19,901 bases of DNA from Ginkgo biloba (taxonomy: Eukaryota > Plantae > Ginkgophyta): assembly GCA_024626585.2 (NCBI GenBank), contig JANKJI020000004.1, positions 103,816,022 to 103,835,922 of the forward strand. Direction: 5' to 3'. The position numbers and the translations under genes are program-made. Each line of letters starts with the position of its first letter. Position 1 is the stretch's first letter. Of the stretch, positions 10,212 to 19,901 are shown piece after piece. A model generated the notes under the pieces. That model had not been told where the DNA came from. It saw only the letters and a program-made list of their open reading frames with translations, and did no database searches.

Positions 10212-11441
10212 TGTAACAACCTACTTTCCTACTCATGCAAAGAAGCCTCATAACTCAAAAGTTAACATAAACAAATAGTTATTCAAATGAAGCAATTTAG
10301 ACTAAGTAGTAGAAACAAGTAACTCAACATATTAAATGTGCATGGAAATCACATAACTAACAAATACAATTAATATCACCACAAATATTTAGTTATGTTA
10401 GTTAATTATTTATTAGTAAACATTAGTAGGAAAGGATTGTTAGGAGAAAGGAATGTAATCTAAGTTATACCACCATCTGTTGGCCTAGGGGACTACCAAT
10501 GGGGATTTGGAGTAAGAAATCAAACCTCTAGTGCATAAATATAACTATCATCCCATAATGTCTACTATGAATCCACTAGATACTAACCCTCAATCCTAAT
10601 CGATCAATAATTCTAGGCATTGGCCAATATGGCCACTTTGGAATCATGGATAGCCTCTTAGTCAAGAGATCAATCCAACCCCTCATTGATAGTTATTTGG
10701 CTTCTAACTTAAAATCCTATCTCTACACGAATAACCCTAGACCAACAACCCTTCTAATTTTATGGTTGTGCTAATAGAACATGAATGTGTGTATAGAAAA
10801 ATATACCATACCCTAGTGACTACACCCATATTCATTATCCCTATAGCTACACTTATAGATATAGCTAGTAGAAATGAGCATGGAGATACACCCATCTCTT
10901 TTTACATAACCCATTATCACTAAATACAAAAAGCTATGTGAAACTGCTAATAAAAGACTCTAAATTAGAAACCTCAATCTTAGGCATCAAATTATCCCCT
11001 ATATGGTCTCAACATGGTCCTTAAATTATCCTAGGTCGAGTAACTAGGGTTTTTATAAGTATAGTAATGGTTGAAATCATATTTTTAAGATAGCAATTAT
11101 GCTAAAAATAAAATGCACTACTATACTATTACAGTAAGAAAACATCATGGAAAAATCTTATGACTAAGGGTTCCCTACTTTAATGTTTCTATTCTACCCA
11201 TTATTTGGGCTCAAAACCTCACAAACCAATCATAAAATAAATAATACTAATTTTGTTCATAGAATATTAAAATTAATCCATATATCTATTATAGATATAA
11301 TTAATAAATAAATATGGGCAAGAATGACTTAAATATGTTAAGACTTACCTAGAGTAATTGATACTAAGTATCGTTTAGAACACTAAAATGATGTAAACAT
11401 CACTAAATTTTCCACCAAAAGAAGCAATTGGTCCTTGAGGA
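10212..11441 (-). repeat. Long LTR, copy 2 (direct repeat of 2064-3290); truncated by gap
   Basis: Starts TGTAACAACCTACTTTCC and shares blocks such as gggttccctactttaatgttt and ttacctagagtaattgatac with copy 1. Minus-strand TATAAAAA at 11050-11057. Confidence 0.85.
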
Positions 11442-12402
11442 NNNNNNNNNNNNNNNNNNNNNNNNNNNNNNNNNNNNNNNNNNNNNNNNNNNNNNNNNNN
11501 NNNNNNNNNNNNNNNNNNNNNNNNNNNNNNNNNNNNNNNNNGTATCATTATGTTGAATGCTGGTCAAGCTTTTTTATTTTTTCTTTTTCTGCTGTGTTGC
11601 ATATTCGAGTTGAGGAGGTCGTGCAGGAGGAGTAACCTGAGTAGAAGGCCATTGTAAAGACAACCAGAGACATTCATTCATGGTCTGGTTCAGATCCCTT
11701 TTCTATGGAGTCATAGGCCTCATAGAATAGAAGATAATGCTAAATAATCCATGGACAAGGAAACTAGACATTTCTTGGCAGAAATTTTAAACGGTAACAT
11801 GCACTTCTTGCAATCAATTTTATTTTGGATATGTCTCTGTTGGTAACCGCCAGTCGCAATCCTAGTTTCATATGATGACCCTATGCTGTCCATATACCTT
11901 TGAAGGGACATATGATAACCGGCGTATACTTAGTATTTGCGTTAAAGTTGTATTAGTTTAATAGCCCTAATCCTTGAGCGTTATGCTCCAAAATGAACGT
12001 CTCCTTTTATTTTTGTCTTCTGAATTATATTTGATATTTTGAAGTATAGACACTCTAAATTTGGCACTAACGTTTCTATGACAGCTATGATATTCTTTGG
12101 AGGCCTCTAACATGATATTCTAAGGATAGAGTATTTAATACAAGAAAGTCTCCGTCGATTAACGTCTCTCTATAGGGTATAATCCTCTAATAGTCTTTGT
12201 GTCTAGCAGAATTGCATATGTGCCATTTCGAATAGAGTTGGGCACATCGGTTGCTAATGTTTAGCAGTTTTGAGAGAGTTGTTAACGTTCTAGCAGTTTA
12301 GCATTTAGCGTTCAGTGCCTATACATCATTAGCCTCCATATCTTTAGCATAGCAAAAACATCATGAATTTCGGGCATACTCTGTTATCATGATCATGCAT
12401 TC

Positions 12403-12453
12403 TTGGTTATGAATTTATTGAATATTTATTGGTTATGCATTTATTGAATATTT
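12403..12453. repeat. 26-bp tandem duplication
   Basis: ttggttatgaatttattgaatattta followed by ttggttatgcatttattgaatattt (1 mismatch). Confidence 0.9.
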
Positions 12454-13230
12454 GACACTAATGCTTATGAATCTCTTAAAGTATTCAACTTTCATTTATA
12501 TTACTAATGTTAATATTGTCTATATCTTTTACGCAGATCTATAACATTTTTAATAATTTTTTGTGAAAGTTTTGCTTACTAACTTGCAAAAAACACCATG
12601 TACAGAAAGCTTAGATGCATAACTACTCTGAAGAAGATTGGAAAGAAAAATGAACTACATCTCTTAGTTGTTTATCTCTTGGTGAATAAATCCTATATCT
12701 TAGCGTTTAGCATCTCAATCATTAGCATGTCTTCTTATCAACATCAATGTCTAGTTCATTTTGCATTTGTACTACGTGATCTAACATTTTCTATTATCAT
12801 TTATATCATTAACANNNNNNNNNNNNNNNNNNNNNNNNNNNNNNNNNNNNNNNNNNNNNNNNNNNNNNNNNNNNNNNNNNNNNNNNNNNNNNTACTAACA
12901 TTTTCTGCCAAACGTCCATATCATTAACATTTTCCCGTTAACGTTCATATTAGCATTCAGTGTTTATATCATTAGCATATCATTTACGTTTCCTTGCAGG
13001 TCTATAGCACTTTGTTGTTGATTATCAAAGATCATTCTTTATATTATTTTATTTTATTTTTAATTTCTTGTCCGCTTGGTTGCTAATTTATAGTGAATAT
13101 CGTCAAAATTACTGACTCATTTTATACAGCNNNNNNNNNNNNNNNNNNNNNNNNNNNNNNNNNNNNNNNNNNNNNNNNNNNNNNNNNNNNNNNNNNNNNN
13201 NNNNNNNNNNNNNNNNNNNNNNNNNNNNNN

Positions 13231-14707
13231 GAAGGCAAACCGACATCGTCAAGTAGCGACGATATCAATAGACAAAGGTTGGCCGACATCGTCGGACAAC
13301 CAAAGACCAACACTAACATAACGGTTGGACCCAACGAGCTTCGATGAGTTCAAATTATTTTTTAAAGAAGCCATGTCGAAGACTGTCGTCGGGGAAGCAA
13401 CCTGTAATGATGATACACCATCACTCCCCAAACATTCACCTATCGAATTTAATACAACATGGTGGAAATAGTGTGTTGGCACTTAGTGATACGATATTGT
13501 ATAACAAGGCCATGGCAATAGGAGTTGTGCCCATGCTTGACTAGTGAACCCTCTAATAGCGTAATTAATGCATCATCGACCAAACCCTTAGAGGAGGTAA
13601 AGCTTCACCAAGAAGCTTTCTGAGCGATAAGCATATAAGGCTCAGAAGAAGATGAGAAAGGTTCTTCTTTTGGTTCTTGGACATTTTGTTGGAAAAGAGT
13701 TCTACAAGTAATTTCTAAAAGCAAGGAAAGTGCTTTTCTCTTCATGTTCAGTTGATTATGGTTTGAGTACAGTTTCAACTCAGGTGGCTAAGCAAGTGGA
13801 TTCATTGGTTGTGTGCAAGAAGTATAAGAAGGACCATTTGATGGAGAATCAAAGTGTATGCAATGGTTTATGAATTTCTTGAGTAGTAGTGAAGAGAACT
13901 CTGTCTGGTTTTGGTGTTTGATTCACCTTTAGACTAACAAAATCATCGATTGAGGTAGTTGGTAGTGGCATTAAGCTTCCTGTCAAATATATTAGTGTGT
14001 GAAACACCCATAGACCAACTAAAGCATCGATTGAGGAAGTTGGTAAACGCATTGAGGTTTCACCTTAGACTTACAAGAGGAAAGAAGGCATTGAGGGGTC
14101 TATCGATATGACATTGTAAGGACTATCCAAGTCTGGAGGACTTCGCCAACAAAGGTTGAGTCAGGCTTAGAGCCTATGGACTTATTTCTTATTTTCCTTT
14201 GTAATCTTGGTGTATAATGCCTATCGACATGTGAATTAAGTCATTGAGGCTTCTTGTAAAGCTTAAAAGTTATCTTTGGGTTATTTCTCTAATGTACCTA
14301 GAGTTTTATTCCCCATGATGGTTTCTCCAGTTCAAAAGTATGTGTTATACTTTTGATGCGGTCCATGATATTGTCTCTAGTGCACTTCACACTTGCATAA
14401 CATACTCACCAACAACCAAATTTAGTAAGTATTCTTATTTTATTATTTGTACATGTGTCAGTGTGATAACCAAAGGATCACAAGTGCCTTTCCATCAAAA
14501 TAATTCACCGACACCATCGATGAGGCTATCGCTGAGATCTTAGAGGGAGGGATTGCATCGGTGTTGAATTTGGTTATCAACGTTGGTTGTCTCTATCGCC
14601 GATCAATATCATGATATTTGATTCACTGAATTATGTCAGTTTAGCTACATCCGATAGATGTTGGATTTTACCTAATGGCCAACCCTTCCTGCATCAAAAT
14701 TTTAACA
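13231..14707 (+). mobile_element. Probable LTR of a younger retrotransposon (family unassigned, boundaries uncertain)
   Basis: Non-coding, retains CpGs (many ATCG/TCGA/CCGA) and has an internal 81-bp tandem repeat. A U5-like ttttattcccc...ggtttctcc...aaaagtatgtgt tract lies at ~14304-14346. Candidate CA ends at 14512 (CCGACA) or 14707 (TTAACA), after which CpGs nearly vanish. No partner LTR in the window. Confidence 0.45.
13914..14100 (+). repeat. Degenerate tandem repeat, ~81-bp period, ~2.3 copies
   Basis: catcgattgagg(t/a)agttggta at 13944 and 14025; cacc..tagac recurs at ~13924, ~14005 and ~14061. Confidence 0.75.
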
Positions 14708-15310
14708 TCCTAAGTTAATTTATTGGTATTTTTTAGGTAATAATTCATTGTATACCTATTAAACTAATAAGGTTTTCTAAAAAGAATATCACAATCATCC
14801 ATCTCCATTATGTCACGGGTAATAATCTCTAAGTAAAAACTAATGGAAAACTTATTAATGAAAACCTATTCTACCTGATCATTGTTAGAATATTTATTGT
14901 TAATGTTTACATGCAATCGGGATCACAACTTAATGTTGTGATACCTAAGTCTTTAACTAGGGTCAAAGTGTCATAGGTATGATTCATTCATAGGTAAATC
15001 CCTAGGTGACACATGTTGGGGGTTATTGTACAAGTGTCATATCCAAAATCATCAGTTATAATTTATAAAATATATAAATACATAGATTGAGGCTATGTAC
15101 ATTAAGAGACAAAATGCAGAGTTAATGAATTGTTGGTAGACCAATTCTATCAAGTTCTAGTGTTTGAGTTCATTTTTTGGATGTTAGACAAATTCTAATA
15201 TTCATTTTTCNNNNNNNNNNNNNNNNNNNNNNNNNNNNNNNNNNNNNNNNNNNNNNNNNNNNNNNNNNNNNNNNNNNNNNNNNNNNNNNNNNNNNNNNNN
15301 NNNNNNNNNN

Positions 15311-15357
<47 letters not shown>
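15311..15357. repeat. (AG)23 microsatellite, truncated by gap
   Basis: Directly visible; abuts 100-N gap 15211-15310. Confidence 0.99.
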
Positions 15358-15361
<4 letters not shown>

Positions 15362-16280
15362 TGTGCAATTACCTCTGTAGGGGAATACAAATTTAAATAC
15401 CTTAGTGAGTTTATATTTAGGTTATTTTTTGTAAGTTATCTCAGGAAATAAAATTTAAACTAAATGTTTGTGTAAGTGTCAATCCTAAATCTACATTATC
15501 ATGAAGATTACATTTTGCAATAGAGGTCATGGGAATTTATAGGATTTTATATCAAGAGTGGTAACATTGGGTATAATATGACTAGAATTTTTTTTAGTTC
15601 CCTTTGGATTTATACCCTTGCCTGGTGGTTTGTCACAATATATGCTTTGATCACTTTTGTTTGATAAAAGATTTTTTCAAATCTGATTATAAAATGTTCT
15701 CTTGGATATTATTTCATTATCTATTTCTAGTTATTTACCTTAACAAACATTAAGACTACAAAAAACTCATCTTATTTAAGCTTTCATTTTATGTTTTGCA
15801 TTTTAAAAATGCCTTACTTTTTCTCAATGGGGCATTGAAATACTTTAGGATTAGTAGTATTGTATCATCTCCTTTATGTAGATGGCATATTACTACTAAT
15901 ACATAGTAAAGAGGGCCTCCTAAAATAACTTCAAGCACTTCAAAGGTTTTGTGACTAACCGAGGCTAACAATAAATATAGATAAGATACAAGTCATGATA
16001 GACAAGTTAAGAAGAATTTTATTTGCATCAATCCTAGGTAAAAGTGACATAACAGAAGAGGTAGGGACTTAAGGATCAAATCCCATTCAAACTTGAATTA
16101 GAAGACTTGGTGTATGATGGAGAGATTTTTAAGGATTTAGAAACACGTGCAAGGAGGGTAAGTTTGCAATAGTCTCACTAATATTTTCCTTCATGAGATG
16201 ATTAGAAGATGAATAAGGAGGATCAAGGAGGAAGCTTACATCAAAGTGACCAAGTGTTAGACCTTATCTTTTGCATGATA

Positions 16281-16293
16281 GCTTTAGATACCA
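16281..16293 (-). other. Possible primer-binding site (tRNA-iMet type) next to an LTR end at 16294
   Basis: Minus strand reads ...CCCTGGCA|TGGTATCTAAAGC, close to the canonical CA|TGGTATCAGAGC but with an insertion and a mismatch. No recognisable gag downstream. Confidence 0.35.
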
Positions 16294-17195
16294 TGCCAGG
16301 GTCAAGATAACATATCAGATTCAAAATAAAAACATAAAGGATCAAATTGGTCTTCAACATGAGCAAATTCCAAAAGCATGATTGAACAACTCACACCCAA
16401 GTGTCAAATTTGATGACTAACTTTGGATAAGAAAGGACAATTGTAAATTGCAAAATGCTTGATGTAGGTCTAGTTACTTTGAGGTTATATATATATATCT
16501 CAAAATAAAAAAGTTTAAAAGGTGCAATTAAGTATAAGAAAAGGAGAAAACATCAAGGATTCCAAACCATTTTCTAGCTATCTTAGATTGATAAAAAAAT
16601 TGCTAAGTACAAAAAAAGTCAGCTAAAAATTTAGAAATCAACTTATACTATAGAAAGCAAAATATTATTATAAACTCAAGGAAAAGATCCCATTTTGAAA
16701 AATTATCTAGAGTAATGAAACATGTAAGTGAATCAAACTTGAGCATTTAAAAAAGAACTTAAAATAAGGGTCTCAAATTAAACAGTTAAACAATGTAACT
16801 TTGCATGCATGAAATGGATAAATCAATAAAAATCTGGTAAAACTTATCAAAGTATAGTCAACCATGCAAACTAATAATGGAGTCAATGAAAGCCCATTTT
16901 TAGAATAAAATAATCAATCAATAACAAAATCAACCAAGGGAAGATTAATCAAGTTTGAAAAAGAATATGTAAGATATAAGTTTCCAAACATCTAATTACC
17001 CTAAGGTTTAAGCGCCGACATGGTAGAATTTAGTAAAGAAGGTCACCAAACTTACATAAAGTCAAAATGTTGGAATCATATACAAAATACAATAAATACC
17101 TTATAGTATTATTGAGAGACTATGCAAATTAGAAAAGTGTCTACATAAAGCAAAAAGTCTTGAATCACCTCTCAGTGTCAAAATTAATACATGGT

Positions 17196-17327
17196 ACCTT
17201 ACAAACTTAGCTTGTAAAATAATTAAGAATCTCTTAATTTCAAGATTCATACATTCCACCTTACAAACTTAGCTTCCAAAACAATCAAGAATCAATTACG
17301 AATAAATAGTAATTCCTTCAAGATTCA
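17196..17327. repeat. Degenerate direct repeat, 62-bp offset
   Basis: accttacaaacttagctt..aaaa.aat.aagaatc at 17196 and 17258, each followed by ttcaagattca. Confidence 0.85.
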
Positions 17328-18556
17328 AGTATGCATAGGCTTGATTGGAAATGTATAAAAGACATAAAAAACCATGGAAAGGACTTGGATTTATTCCCTT
17401 ATTAAGTTGTTTACTTATAGATTATTCCTCTTCTTGGAAAGATAAAGTCAAATTTATAAGTAGCTCAATCATAAGGAGGGACCTTTATGAGTGTGACCCA
17501 ATAGAAAATCTAAACAAGTGATTAGACATTGTAGCTAAATAGATATTCAATGTAACTTGGTATACCACCAAAAAAATAAATAAAAGGAAATTACCTCTTT
17601 AAAAATCCTATCATGTATATGAGCACTTTGGTATTTTGTTGTTTATTGTTTAAATATTCCCAATTACATATAGAAGTCAAAGATGTTTGGTGTGAGAGCC
17701 TAGACATAGAAATTCTTGAGCAATACTTTAAACATTAGGATTGATTACTAAAATCTAAAGGTGAGCATTTTAGGAATGAAACTCTTTATAGAGATTTAGA
17801 ATTTTATGTAATACTATATACAAGTGCTACATGTTTGGACAAGAAACCATTACTTAACATATGGTGATGAACCTTTAGAACCTCAATTATTAGTATATAG
17901 AAGGCTAAGGATCACTCTAAAAACATAAAATAATATGTTCGAGTTTGAATATGAACACTTCGCATCTAATGGTGGAAAAAACTCCATGATGGAAGATAAT
18001 ATGAATATGTTATAGAGGATCATGGAACAAAATAAGATAATTTGGCATCTGAAACTATATTTTTCATTTTGTGCTTATAAAAAAAGTTATCATGTCTCCA
18101 TGACCATAACTCCTTTTCCTTTAGTGTATGACTAGGAGGTAATTTTTCTAATCATATTTAAGATAGAGGGACTTAACATGAATCTAATGGATTATTAAGA
18201 TTAATTGGAACTAATTTAGGTAAGTTTAATTACTACCCTTTATATGGAAAAAAATAAACCTATATCCTTATATTATATAAAGGTTTGATGCCCAGGTGAA
18301 GGACTAATTTGAAATGAAAACTAGTAACTAATATTGTATAAAAAGGGACCTAGTATGGATATAGATCAAATTCAATAAAAAACATCCTAAGGATTTTGAA
18401 TATTTTTTTTTAGGTTTATATTACATATAATAATATATAAAAAATGGGTCCTATAGATTAGTTACTCTCAATGGATGATAATTACTTCATCCATTCAAAA
18501 GAGAGATGTTGAACCATTATGTCACTTACGGATGCCTAGTTTAAGTCATAAATGCA

Positions 18557-18597
<41 letters not shown>
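18557..18597. repeat. Compound microsatellite (TG)12(AG)8
   Basis: Directly visible. Confidence 0.99.
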
Positions 18598-19901
18598 AGA
18601 ATGAAAAAAATTTATATCTAATTAATCAACGTGGATTTATATTTGGGTTTAAAAATTGTTAGAAGAACTTGAATAATAAAATAAAGGTAGGAAGGTTATT
18701 ACTTATTTTAGTAAATCATTATAAATTCTTAAATAGGTTAAATATACAAAAATGCATAATATATACACATGGAGTATTTGATATGGTTCTCACATTAGAG
18801 GATTGAATGCACCTTGAAATCTTATTCCTTGGTTAGCATGAAGTTTACTCCACTTGAAATACCCCCCTTAAATAATCCAAACCTATAAAATATATTAAAA
18901 TAAAGGAAATAAGATAATATGTTCTATACAAATGATATTAGGGCTAGCATATAAAATTCATTTACATAAAATGGAAAGCCCCAATATTGGAAATCAATAT
19001 GAAAATAAATGTAATAACATTTCTATGTAAAAATGTATTTTGTTGATGTATGGGAAAAGGAGTCTAGATGAAATTAATTTACCAAGTATATATGGATGAA
19101 CTCTCCAACTCTTATCTCCCTCCAAATATCTTGAATGTAAGAATTAAATGTGCCAATATGAATGGTACCAAGCCTCAAATTCATGAGGGGGGTTACACAT
19201 GAAAACATGGTAGAAATAACATCAATGGTGATGAGGTACATCAAACCTTAAAGAAGATCATTTTGAATGGAGGGAATTAACTTTTTGTATCTTCCTAATT
19301 GATTAAAGTATGAAGGAAGTATAGATGTTATATGAGATGCTTCAATCCTTGAGATAATTCCTTATATATGATAATGATGCTATGAATGATCAAAGATGAT
19401 TCTATGACTTAAAGTGATTTATATATATAAGATGAATTAGCTTGATAATCCTAACCATAGTGGAAAAATTTGATATATCACAAGGATATATCTTATTATC
19501 TAGGATAAGCTCCCATGGGCCATGAGTCTATTTTTCATGCAATAGTGTTATCACACTCCTCCATATCTAATGATAACATAAGGGAAAAACATGAATTTAT
19601 CAAGGGTAATGTGAATCAATAGACCACAATCCATGTCCCCAAAAAAGTAAAGGAGCCTATGTGTTATAATAAAACATAATACAAATAGGCCATATGATAA
19701 GGGAAATGGATGATGTTGAATATTACAAGGTAAATGCATGGGAATAATATATAGTCCCTGTATGAACATAAAACTAAGAGTCACAAATGAATTAATATCA
19801 TATAATATGACATAAATATATGAAAATGTAATGTAAATAATATATCAATAAGTAATGGCATGTGATAACTATAATGAGAGTATATAATGAGGCTCAAATA
19901 T

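Noticed and set aside
12520-13005. Branch-point (TACTAAC) and acceptor-like (ttacgcag, ccttgcag) motifs suggesting host exons; ORF 12598-12927
   Set aside because: No coherent exon chain or recognisable protein; the motifs are explained by the local TAAC/TAGC motif field.
13914-14100. Repeat-spacer-like pattern (catcgattgagg.agttggta) as a CRISPR array
   Set aside because: Only two degenerate copies, the intervening sequences are partly homologous, no cas genes, and the context is eukaryotic retroelement DNA.
15177-15390. ER-repeat and SL-repeat ORFs
   Set aside because: Translations of the (AG)n microsatellite plus N gap.
15560-15585. GGTAACA|TTGGGTATAAT as an LTR end plus PBS
   Set aside because: Poor match to TGGTATCAGAGC and no supporting internal domain.
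19090-19784. Possible gag-like (LPPN...NGTKP) relic and 77-aa minus ORF
   Set aside because: Similarity too weak and short to support a call without a database search.
1-19901. A novel multi-gene biological system
   Set aside because: No intact genes. All recognisable coding signal belongs to known Ty1/Copia and Ty3/Gypsy domains; the remaining short ORFs are of chance length or gap artefacts.

Overview
AT-rich eukaryotic repeat DNA from a draft scaffold with 15 N-gaps, eight of them exactly 100 N. It is most consistent with a large-genome plant, probably a gymnosperm; this is an inference from the element types and the CG/CHG decay. I can support no intact host gene, RNA gene or CRISPR array. 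The window is a cluster of decayed LTR retrotransposons. (1) A minus-strand Ty3/Gypsy gag-protease-RT-RNaseH relic running into the linker before integrase (~6576-9684). (2) A second, diverged fragment of the same Gypsy family (~4615-5219). (3) The 3' part of a Tnt1-like Ty1/Copia element (RT C-terminus, RNase H, PPT, 3' LTR; 5220-6475) inserted into that second fragment. (4) Two diverged copies of a >1.2 kb LTR (from 2064 and from 10212). (5) A less CpG-depleted LTR-like block (~11542-14707). There are also microsatellites and short tandem duplications. I found no convincing evidence for a previously undescribed biological system. The best leads are the nesting geometry, the methylation-driven mutation spectrum, motif arrays in the non-coding element regions, and unassigned accessory-ORF relics.
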